A program made the translations under genes and the position numbers. From the human T2T-CHM13v2.0 reference genome, Homo sapiens, in the NCBI RefSeq assembly GCF_009914755.1, contig NC_060943.1: a stretch of 64,000 nucleotides of DNA; one strand, written 5' to 3'. This document shows, one piece after another, positions 42,937 through 64,000 of the stretch; within the stretch, counting starts at the first letter, position 1, and every line of letters begins with the position of its first letter. The notes under the pieces were generated by a model. That model was not told the origin of the DNA, did no database searches, and worked only from the letters and a program-made list of their open reading frames with translations.

Positions 42937-44612
42937 GTGAGTGTGGGCCAGAGCCTGGGTCTGAGGGAGGAGGGGCTGTGGGTCTGGATTCCTGGGTCTG
43001 AGGGAGGAGGGGCTGGGGGCCTTGGCCCCTGGGTCTGAGGGAGGAGGGGCTGGGGATCTGGGCCCCTGGGTCTGAGGGAGGAGGGGCTGGGTCTGGACCC
43101 CTGGGTCTGAGGGAGGAGGGGCTGGGGGTCTGGACTCTTGGGTTTGAAGGAGGAAGGGCTGGGGTCCTGGACTCTTGGGTCTGAGTTGGGAGGGGGCTTT
43201 GGCTTGGGCTTCTCCTGGGTCTGAGGGAGGAGGTAGGCTGTGGGCTTGGACTCCCAGGGCTGGGACAGAGCCGGATGGTGGGACAGAGTCGGGTGGTGGG
43301 ACAGTCCCGGGTGGGAGAGGTCCTCGAACCACCTTATCGCTTTCACCCCTTAGGTCTCCTGCAGCTGAAAGCCTTGAAGCCGGGAGTTATTCAAATCTTG
43401 GGAGTCAAGACATCCAGGTTCCTGTGCCAGCGGCCAGATGGGGCCCTGTATGGATCGGTGAGTTTCCAGGACCCTCCTCACCACCCACCATGCTCCTCCT
43501 ATATGTCGCCCTCACAGCCTGGGGTGCCTTGTCTTGCTCATCCCCCCCGGAGCCAGACTTGATTCTATTTGCTCTGCACGCCCCCAGCTGCAACATTTGG
43601 AGGTTGAAGTTGTCATCAGTGTTTGCAAGATGAGGAAACTGAGGCCCAGGCCGGGGCGCCAGTGACCTCAATCATGTGATGTGTGGATGCTGGAGCGGCC
43701 TGAGGCTCAGGTTATTGGGAGTCTCGTGATTCAGTAACCCCTGCTCCTGCCCACACGGCCCCTGTGTGCACGGCTCATGCTGGGCACAGGGACACTCGGG
43801 GAAGCCATGGCCAGTAAAGTGACCAGGACCTTGAGTGCTAGGGAGACCCCCCGCCTGGCCTGAGAGAGCACTGATGGCTCCGAGGGCTGGAATGTTCTCT
43901 GTGAAGTCTGAACTGGGAGGCAGGTCCCTGCAGGAGAGCCCTGGGGTAAAAAACAAAACCTGCCTTGCTGTTTTGTTTCCTAGAGGAGGGGCTGGGGGCC
44001 TGGACTCCTGGGTCTGAGGGAGGAGGGGCTGGGGGCCTGGACCCCTGGGTCTGAGGGAGGAGGGGCTGGGGCCTGGAACCCCGGGTCTGAGGGAGGAGAG
44101 GCTGGGGCCTGGAACCCCGGGTCTGAGGGAGGAGGCGCTGGGGGCCTGGACTCCTGGGTCGGATGGAGGAGAGACTAGGGTCTGGACCCCTGGGTCTGAG
44201 GGAGGAGGCGCTGGGGGCCTGGACCCCTGGGTCTGAGGGAGGCAGGGCTGGGGCCTGGATCCTGGGTCTTACATCAGGAAAACAGAGGAACCCTGTCTCT
44301 GATCCTGTTTTTGTCCCCTAGCTCCACTTTGACCCTGAGGCCTGCAGCTTCCGGGAGCTGCTTCTTGAGGACGGATACAATGTTTACCAGTCCGAAGCCC
44401 ACGGCCTCCCGCTGCACCTGCCAGGGAACAAGTCCCCACACCGGGACCCTGCACCCCGAGGACCAGCTCGCTTCCTGCCACTACCAGGCCTGCCCCCCGC
44501 ACCCCCGGAGCCACCCGGAATCCTGGCCCCCCAGCCCCCCGATGTGGGCTCCTCGGACCCTCTGAGCATGGTGGGACCTTCCCAGGGCCGAAGCCCCAGC
44601 TACGCTTCCTGA
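42702..44612 (+). CDS. FGF21: Fibroblast growth factor 21, 209 aa
   Basis: join(42702-42936,43354-43457,44322-44612) = 630 nt; MDSDETGFEHSGLWVSVLAGLLLGACQA|HPIPDSSPLLQFGGQVRQRYLYT...SQGRSPSYAS*. Confidence 0.98.
42950..43262 (+). repeat. MSR1 minisatellite array in FGF21 intron (~8 units)
   Basis: Repeated CCTGGGTCTGAGGGAGGAGGGGCTGGG. Confidence 0.9.
43354..43457 (+). CDS. FGF21: FGF21 coding exon 2 (LLQLKALKPGVIQILGVKTSRFLCQRPDGALYGS)
   Basis: TAG/GTGAGT, 104 nt. Confidence 0.96.
43984..44270 (+). repeat. MSR1 minisatellite array in FGF21 last intron (~8 units)
   Basis: Same 36-37 bp unit. Confidence 0.9.
44322..44612 (+). CDS. FGF21: FGF21 coding exon 3
   Basis: LHFDPEACSFRELLLEDGYNVYQSE...; TGA 44610-44612. 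Confidence 0.96.
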   Translation, partial: LHFDPEACSFRELLLEDGYNVYQSEAHGLPLHLPGNKSPHRDPAPRGPARFLPLPGLPPAPPEPPGILAPQPPDVGSSDPLSMVGPSQGRSPSYAS

Positions 44613-44643
44613 AGCCAGAGGCTGTTTACTATGACATCTCCTC

Positions 44644-44703
44644 TTTATTTATTAGGTTATTTATCTTATTTATTTTTTTATTTTTCTTACTTGAGATAAT
44701 AAA
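44644..44703 (+). terminator. FGF21: FGF21 3'UTR AU-rich element (3x ATTTA) and AATAAA at 44698-44703
   Basis: TTTATTTATT repeats followed by canonical poly(A) signal. Confidence 0.85.
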
Positions 44704-44746
44704 GAGTTCCAGAGGAGGATAAGAATGAGCATGTGTGAGTGTCTGA

Positions 44747-47708
<2,962 letters not shown>

Positions 47709-48225
47709 TAGGAAGGAAGCTGGCCTGGGCCAGCCCCAGTTGCTGCAGCCGGGTGGGAGTTGTCATCCTGGACCCTTCATTTTAAGTCCAAAGTTCAAGT
47801 GAGAGAAATATCACAGTCAAAAGGACCTAACTGTGGGTGGCCGAGGGTCACTGGAGGGACTTGATGCCCAGAAAAAATGAAAGTCACCATTTGTAGAAAG
47901 GGTAGTTTTCAACTCTGATCACACAAGCCTGGCTCAGTCAAGGGAAGGAAATAGAATTTGAAATTTCACAAAGCTCCCGAGCAGTGGTTTAGGTCCTGGG
48001 GGTGACTCAGGTGACACGTAAGTTCCTTGTCAGAAGAGACCGCATACTGCTGTCAAGGAAAGGCGAGGTGGCCAGTGTGGAAAGAGGAGGGAGCACTGGG
48101 CACCATCCTGACCCGGTTCCCACCCGCCCGCCATGCCAGGCTGGAGACCAGGAGACACAGACCCAGAGGGAAGGTCAGAGCCCAACATCCAGAGAGAAGG
48201 GGGGACAGGGACCTGATGGGGGGGT

Positions 48226-49640
48226 CAGAGACCCAGAGATAGGGAGACAGAGACCCAGAGAGAGAGGGAGAGTCCCAGAGAGAGGGAGACAGAGACCCAG
48301 AGAGAGAGGGCGACAGAGACCCAGAGAGAGAGGGGGACAGAGACCCAGAGAGAGAGGGAGACAGAGACCCAGAGAGAGAGGGGGACAGAGACCCAGAGAG
48401 AGAGGGGGACAGAGACCCAGAGAGAGAGGGGGACAGAGACCCAGAGAGGGGGACAGAGACCCAGGGAAAAAGGAAGACAGAGACTCAGAGAGAGAAGGGG
48501 ACAGAGACCCAGAGAGAGAGGGAGAGTCCCAGAGAGAGGGAGACAGAGACCCAGAGAGAAAGGGGGACAAAGACCCAGAGAGAGAGGGGGACAGAGACCC
48601 AGAGAGAGAGGGGAACAGAGACCCAGGGAAAAAGGAAGACAGAGACTCAGAGAGAGAAGGGGACAGAGACCCAGAGAGAGAGGGGGACAGAGACCCAGAG
48701 AGAGAGGGGGACAGAGACCCAGGGAAAAAGGAAGACAGAGACTCAGAGAGAGTAGGGGACAGAGACCCAGAGAGAGAGGGAGAGTCCCAGAGAGAGGGAG
48801 ACAGAGACACAGAGAGAAAGGGGGACAAAGACCCAGAGAGAGGGGGGGACAGAGACCCAGAGAGAGAGGGGGACAGAGACCCAGAGAGAGAGGGGGATAG
48901 AGACCCAGAGAGAGAGGGGGACAGAGACCCAGAGAGAGGGGGGGCAGAGACCCAGGGAAAAAGGAAGACAGAGACTCAGAGAGAGGGACAGAGACCCAGA
49001 GGAAGGGGGGGGACAGAGACCCAGAGAGAGAGGGGGACAGAGACCCAGAGAGAGAGGGGGACAGAGACCCAGAGAGAGAGGGGGACAGAGACCCAGAGAG
49101 AGAGGGGAACAGAGACCCACAGAGAGGGGGGACAGAGACCCAGAGAGAGGAGGACAGAGACCCAGAGAGAGAGGGGAACAGAGACCCACAGAGAGGGGGA
49201 ACAGAGACCCAGAGAGAGGAGGACAGAGACCCAGAGAGAGAGGGGGACAGAGACCCACAGAGAGGGGGACAGAGACACAGAGAGAGAGGGACAGAGACCC
49301 AGAGAGAGAGGGGGACATAGGCCCAGAGAGAGGGGGGACAGAGGCCCAGAGAGAGGGGGACAGAGACCCGGGGGATGACAGAGGCCCAGAGAGAGAGGGG
49401 GACAGAGACCCAGAGAGAGAGGGGGACAGAGGCCCAGAGAGAGGGAGACAGAGACCCGGGGAGTGGGGGACAGAGACCCAGAGAGAGAGGGGAACAGAGG
49501 CCCAGAGAGAGGGGGACAGAGACCCAGAGAGAGGACAGAGACCTAGAGGGAGGAGAAGACCCAGGGAAAAGGGAGACAGAGACCCAGAGAGAGAGGAACA
49601 GAGATCCACAGACAGAGGGGGACAGAGACCCAGAGAGAGG
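48226..49640. repeat. GA-rich VNTR, ~22-24 bp unit CAGAGACCCAGAGAGAGAGGGGGA
   Basis: ~60 tandem units, nearly T-free on + strand. Confidence 0.95.
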
Positions 49641-50376
49641 AAAGGCAGGCAGGGAAGCTGAGAAATGTGTTCAAATGGGGACACTTCACTGTACCTGAGG
49701 ACCTTGAACTCCCAACCCTGTTGTACCCACTTCCTGTAGAAGGAGCCGCTTTCCTCATCTGGACAGTCTGGGGTCCCCTGTCTGCAAAGCCTGTCCTAGG
49801 TTGCTGTCTCGCAGGGAACCACGGATCCTCCGCAGGGTCAAGCCCCCCAGCTCTGGATGCTTCCAGACCTGCGTCCAGACTCAGCTCCCGGCAGGTTGTA
49901 CAGGATGAGCTGCAGGGTGTGGGCGGTGAGGGCTGCCATATGCACCCGGAGAACTGCAAGACCTTGCTCACTGATATTGACAGAACCCACACTGAGAAGC
50001 CGGTCTGGGACGGGATCACTGGGGAATGATGGGGCATGATGGAAGCAATTGAATGTTGAATTGGGATGAATTTATTGACAGAGATTCCACACTCAAGCAT
50101 TGGCTATAGGGGCTGGGAGTGACTCTAGTTCGCTCTTTGGTTGAGTAAAATCTGGATCCCAAATCCTTTGCAAACGTTGGCCAGGTGCAGCGGCTCACGC
50201 TTGTAATCCCAGCACTTTGGGAGGCTGAGGCAGGAGGATAACTTAAGGCCAGGAATTTGAGACCAGCCTGGGCAACATAACGAGACACCATCTCTACAAA
50301 AATTAAAATTTCGGGCCAGGCACGGTGGTTCAAGCCTGTAATCCCAGCACTTTGTAAGGCCAGGGTGGGCGGATCA

Positions 50377-50589
<213 letters not shown>

Positions 50590-50649
50590 CTATTTAAAAA
50601 AAAAAAAGAAAGAAATTCAACTACCCTGGAGCCTGAGGTGTGAGGATCA

Positions 50650-50853
<204 letters not shown>

Positions 50854-50875
50854 CTACAAAAAATAGAAAAATTAG

Positions 50876-56133
<5,258 letters not shown>

Positions 56134-57161
56134 CGAAAACCAATCTGTATCATAACCCCACGGCACCTGAATCATTTCTAAGTGTACAGTTAAGTCGCGT
56201 TAAGTATATTCACATTGTTGCACAACCAATCTTCAGAATTTTTTCATCTTATAAAATTGAAACTCTCTGCCGCAATTAAATCCCACTTCCCCAATTCTCC
56301 TCCCTTCAGCTCCTGGCCACTTTTTCCAGCCCCATTTGTTGAAAACATGGTGGTGAGCTCCTTGAATGACTGAGAAGCTTTTGTACATGGACAGGAAAAT
56401 TCACAACAATTTGTTTTTTTGTTAATGATCAATGAATTTTTAAACAATTATCTTTCCTTTAAACATTCACAGACTACTTCTACAGCTAAAAATAACAAGC
56501 CACAAATTTCACAATTGTAGATTTCGCCTAAATATTTGAACAGTGATTGCACATTTAATCAGTGAACTTTTCACAAATCTGATATTGTGGTTTCCCTTAA
56601 ATGCCATGAATAGGAGAAAAACAGTAATACACTCTGTCATACTTTTCACAAGTCTGATATACCAGATTCTTACAAATGCTTTAAATATTTTCGAGAAGGC
56701 TGGGCAAGGTGGCTTACACCTGTAATCTCAGCACTTTGAGAGGCCAAGGTAGAAGGATCACCTGAGCCCAGGAGTTCTAAACCAGACTGGGCAACATAGC
56801 AAAAGCCCATCTCTACCAAAAAAAAAAAAAAAAAAAATTAGCCAAGTGTGGTGAAGCGCACCTGTAGTCCCAGCTAGTTAAGAGGCTGAGGTGGGAGGAT
56901 CACTTGAGCTGGGGAGGTCAAGGCTACAGTGAGCTGTGATCACACCACTGCACTCCAACCTGGGTGATAGAGAGAGACCCTGTCTCAAAAATAAATAAAT
57001 ATGGCCGGTGTGGTGGTTCACGCCTGTAATCCCAGCACTTTGGGAGGCCGAGGTGGGCAGATCACCTGAAGTCATGGTGAAACCCCGTCCCTACTAAAAA
57101 TACAAAAATTAGCCGAAAGTAGCCCAGTATGGTGGCGCATGCCTGTAATCCCAGCTAATTA

Positions 57162-57266
<105 letters not shown>

Positions 57267-57562
57267 TCAAAAAATACCCTCCCAGAGAGCTCCCTTACCC
57301 TTTCACCAAGTGGAAACACAGCAAGAAGGTGCCAGCAATGAACAAGGAAACTGGCCCACACCAGACACAGAATATGCTGCTGCCTTGATGTTGGACTCCA
57401 CACCCTCCAGAACTATGAGAGATACATATTTGTTCCTTAAGCTACACAGTCTGTGGTATTTTTGTTACAACAGCCTGAATGCCCTCTTCCAAGTCAATTC
57501 TCACCAAGCCGACATTCCAGGGCAAAGCCCGTGTTATCTTAGAGTTTGTCATAACCACATGA

Positions 57563-57754
<192 letters not shown>

Positions 57755-58997
57755 TAGTAGAGACGGGGTTTCACTATGTTGGCCTGGCTGGTCTCAAACT
57801 CCTGACCTCAGGTGATCTGTCCGCCTCGGCGTCCCAAAGTGTTGGGATTTCAGGCGTGAGCCACCGCGCCCAGTCGACTCAGAGTGTCTTATTTTTATAA
57901 TACAGCCTGAAAAACTTGTTCTAAGTCATAGTATTGTAATAGGTTGGGACATGAGATGATTTCACGGCTGTTTGTTCCAGGACCTTCTCCGGGAAACGTG
58001 TGGGGCATTTCCTCTTTGTTACACACTCAGGGTGAGCCCATTTTTCCTCTACTTGTTTGGGTGAAGCTTCGCCGCTGTCTCTGCCACAAAGCTGACCCTC
58101 CAGCTCTGTGACCCCCTTGGCAGCTGGCACCAGCAGCACGGGGCCCTGGCAGGGCGCTGGCTGGCAGGAGGAGGGGTGTAGGGATTTCTCACAAGACCCT
58201 AGTTCCACACTGCGTCTTGCCAGGAGCCAGGGACAGCAATGGCTCCAGCTTCCTGTTACTTTCTGCTCTTCCGGAAGTAGATTTCCAGGCCCCTCAGAGA
58301 GAGGTCCCAGACTCCATTAGGCCACACCCTCTTGGAGGTGAGAGACCCGCTGCCTGCAGCCCACTCCCTAGAGGTCTATTTGGTTTGCATAGTCGCCGTT
58401 TTTTCATAATAAAACTTAAAAAAAAAAAAAAAGACCAATTAAAACCTGTAAAACAGGTGGCAGGTGATCAGGATTAGAATGCTTTGAAATCTTTTGTTAT
58501 TCTGGAATATGACAGAATGATTATATTTAGATTTGGTCACTTTAAGGATGCATGTTAAAATTTCAAGAGTGGGCCAGGCGCTGTGGCACACCCTTGTGAT
58601 CCGAGCACTTTGGGAGACCGAGGCAGGAGGATCGATTCCTTGAGCCCAGGAGTTCGAGACCAGCCTGGGTAACATGGTGAAACACCGTCTCTAAAAAAAC
58701 ATACAAAAATGTGCCGGGCATGGTGGCACACACCTACAGTCCTAGCTACTTGGGAGGCTGAAGTGGGTGGGTCGCCTGAATTCAGGAGTTTGAGGCTGCA
58801 GTGAGCTATGATTGCACCATTGCACTCCAGCCTAGGTGACAGAGCAAGACCCTGTCTCTAAAAATAAATAAATAAATTTTCTTAACTTGGAAACAGTCAC
58901 AAACATTTAAAAATTTGGAAGTACAGTACAAGCAATTCTTATTTTCCAGAACCATTTGAAAGTCACATGTGCCCTTGAAACCCCATCACTACATTAA

Positions 58998-59237
<240 letters not shown>

Positions 59238-59308
59238 TGAAGTCAGGAGTTCGAGACCACTCTGGCCAACATGGCAAAACCCCGTCTCTACTAAAAATGC
59301 AAAAATTA

Positions 59309-59732
<424 letters not shown>

Positions 59733-59933
59733 TCATGACCTTGGCATTTGGAACATTACAGGCCGGTTATCGAGTCGTCTCTCCCTCCATGTGGATTTAT
59801 TTGATGTTTCCTCGTGATCGGATTCTTTGGCAGCACAACGACTGAGATCATGTTGTGTGTTTCTCACTGGAAGTCAGGTCACTCGCGGCGTCCACCTCTC
59901 CAGTTTCTGATGACATTTGCTTCAGTCACATGA

Positions 59934-60316
<383 letters not shown>

Positions 60317-60662
60317 TGACCCACTGCGCCTGGGCCATTTTTTTTGTTTTTTTTGAGATGGAGTCTTGCTGTGTCGCCCGGGCTGGAGTGCAGTGCTACA
60401 ATTTGGCTCACTACTTCAGTCTCCCAGCCTCAAGCGACTCCCACCTCAGCCTCCCAAGTAGCTAGGACCACAGGCACACGCTATGACACCCAGCTAATTG
60501 TTTGTCTTTTTGGTAGAGACGGGGTTTCATCATGTTGCCCAGGCTGGTCTCGAACTCCTGACCTCAAGTGATCCACCACCTCGGCCTCCCAAAGTGCTGG
60601 GATTACAGGTGTGAACCACCGTGCCTGGCTCAAGTTATTATTTTTTTAATTATATTTTTTAG

Positions 60663-60767
<105 letters not shown>

Positions 60768-60936
60768 TGAGTAGCTGGGAACAGAATGCCATCACTGCAG
60801 GATGCCATGCCTGGCCCTTCCAGTTATTAATGGATTTATTTATGTCTGTGTGGACTCATGGTTTCCTATTTTATTCCATGAGTTATAATCAGTTATATCA
60901 TTCTCTATTTTTGGTGTTCAAACTCATTTATTTTGA

Positions 60937-61071
<135 letters not shown>

Positions 61072-61464
61072 TGAGTAGCTGGGACTACAGGCGTGCACCA
61101 CCACACTCGGCTAATTTTTTTGTATTTTTAGTAGAGACGAGGTTTCACCATGTTGGTCAGGCTGGTCTCAAATCCCTGACCTCGTGATCTGCCTGCCTCA
61201 GCCTCCCAAAGTGCTGGGATTATAGGCGTGAGCCACCGTACCCGGCTCTTTATTTACTTTTTGGGGTACTCTGTATTTAGTCCTCTATTTTCCCAATGGG
61301 AGCCCCCTCAAGCTGGTGGCTATGTGCTTTGTTTGTTTGTTTGTTTGTTTTTGAGACAGGGTCTTGCTCTGTCACCCAGGCTGGAGTGCAGTGATGTGAT
61401 TCGGCTCACTGCTACCTCCGCCTCCCAGGCTCAAGCCTTCCTCCCACTTCAGCCCCCCAAGTAG

Positions 61465-61647
<183 letters not shown>

Positions 61648-61906
61648 TAATCAGCTCTCAAGGGCTTGGAAACCATGCGTTTTTGACAGGCCTCCATTAG
61701 TCACACTTGAGTCGTTCCTGATTTCTGGTACAGCAAAATGTTCTAGGCTCATTTTTTTTCTTTCTCTAAACCAGCTCTAGAATCAGCTGTTTCTCCAAGG
61801 AGCCCTGGTTCCTTTTAGAATGGGAAGCCAAGATCCAAACACTAACAGGGCTCGTTGCTTTTGTTTTTGAATTTTGTCTGCTAATGGATCCTCTCAGGGG
61901 ACGGAT

Positions 61907-61914
<8 letters not shown>

Positions 61915-61958
<44 letters not shown>
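61915..61958. repeat. (CA)n microsatellite
   Basis: ~21 CA units. Confidence 0.95.
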
Positions 61959-62101
61959 ACGCACATATGTGGGGCCAGGCACAGTGGCTCACACCTGTAA
62001 TCTCAGCACTTTGGGAGGCTGAGGCAGGAGGACTGCTTGAGCCCAAGAGTTTGAGACCAGCCTACGCAACATAGTAAGGCCCAGTCTCTACTAATAATTT
62101 A

Positions 62102-62710
<609 letters not shown>

Positions 62711-64000
62711 TCAGGAGGCTGAGGTGGAAGAATCACTTGAACCTGGGAGGCAGAGGCTGCAGTGAGCCAAGATGGTGCCACTGTACTTCAGCCTGGGAGA
62801 CAGAGTGAGACTCCATCTCAAAAAAAAAAAAAAAAAGAAATCCAACACCTAGACTGGGTGCCGTGGCTCATGCCTATAATCCCAGCACTTTGGGAGGCCA
62901 AGGCGGGCAGATCACTAGAGGTCAGGAGTTTGAGACCAACCTGGCCGATATGGTGAAACGCTGTCTCCACTAAAAATACAAAAATTAGCTGGGTGTGGTG
63001 CTGGAGGCCTCTAATCCTAGCTACTCGGGTGGCTGAGGCAGGAGAATCGCTTGAATCCAGGAGGTGGAGGTTGCAGTGAGCCAAGATTATGCCACTTCAC
63101 TCCAGCCTGGACAACAGAGTGAGACTCTGTCTCAAAAAAATAAATAAATAAAGACAAATTCAATACCTCTAGTTCTCTCCCTTTCCATATTTATATCTGC
63201 CTTTTCTGACAGTGAGAAATATGACTTCATTTTCTTAATTTCCTTATCGGTCAATTCTCCTCTATGTTAGCCATCTCTCATCTCCACAGCTGTCCCCTCC
63301 TTCCACCTCCCCTGTGCCCTCTGCACCCAGCTTGGGCTGACTTCCCGAGCTACAGCCCCCCATCCTATTAGCCTAGGGGACTTATGTTTCCTACTTGGGT
63401 GCCCCCCACTGTGCTGAGCTGCTCACATCAGTAAATGCCTCCTTCACCCCACTAAGGCCCTGACACCCCACTTCTGGGCCACTGTGCCCCCAACACCCCA
63501 AGCTGGCCTTGCCTGCCCCACCTCAAACCTTAGAACTTTATCGTTCAGGAAGACAAATTTAGGGAAGGGGAAGAATGCCGATTTCTATTTAATGTATTTG
63601 ACCATATCAATGTTTTCTTTTCTGGCCTCTGAAGTTTGAGTCACGGTCATGCCCATGTTATAAAATAATTTTCCAATGCTTACTTCTCACTCGTTATGGT
63701 TTCCTATCTGATACTGAAGACTTTGATCCATCTGGAGTTTATTCAGTGGGTTATTTTTATTTTTTTATTCCTTCCTTCACTTGGATTGAATGGGTTTTCT
63801 GTATTCCTGCTTTTTCATATTTACTTTTTTAATCAAAGTTATATATGTACACAGTAAAGTCACACAGTGCTACGTGTTCAGTTTAACCTTCCCCATGCTG
63901 TCCCATTGGTAATTGATCTCTGAATTAGTTATAGCAATGTGAAACACTGGGACGGACCCACACTAAAATATCAGTGGTTTGAACAATTTTTTTTTTTTTT

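Noticed and set aside
42732-43346. 204-aa and 147-aa minus-strand ORFs (PQPLLPQTQ repeats), also 41081-41506
   Set aside because: MSR1 minisatellite translations
41330-44270. 36-37 bp periodic repeats as a CRISPR-like array
   Set aside because: Contiguous tandem units without unique spacers in human DNA
48002-49378. 458-aa plus-strand ORF and 217/313-aa minus-strand ORFs
   Set aside because: Translations of the T-poor VNTR (RPRERG/DRDPERE/SLSPSLSG repeats); stop-free by composition

Overview
Human (hominid) genomic DNA, GC- and Alu-rich, recognisable as the chr19q13.33 cluster. Four tandem minus-strand genes are present: MAMSTR (8 coding exons; last exon beyond the left edge), RASIP1 (11 coding exons, 963 aa), IZUMO1 (9 coding exons, 350 aa) and FUT1 (single coding exon, 365 aa). 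These are followed by head-to-head plus-strand FGF21 (3 coding exons, 209 aa). All exons were rebuilt by hand from GT-AG boundaries with consistent phases. The right ~19 kb is gene-poor and Alu-saturated, with a ~1.4 kb GA-rich VNTR and a ~2.4 kb Alu-bounded tandem duplication. The most unusual unexplained signal is four convergent inverted pairs of the ACTACAnnTCCCA (ZNF143/THAP11-type) motif with fixed outer span (81, 81, 81, 84 bp) and unrelated spacers. Other items of note: a 22-bp-period FOX:ETS array in RASIP1, an LTR13A solo LTR with a nested AluY in the FUT1 5' region, FUT1 overlapping/extension uORFs, and mirror-oriented MSR1 minisatellite arrays either side of the FUT1/FGF21 divergent promoter. 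No database searches were run; gene, repeat-family and SNP names are from recognition and recall.
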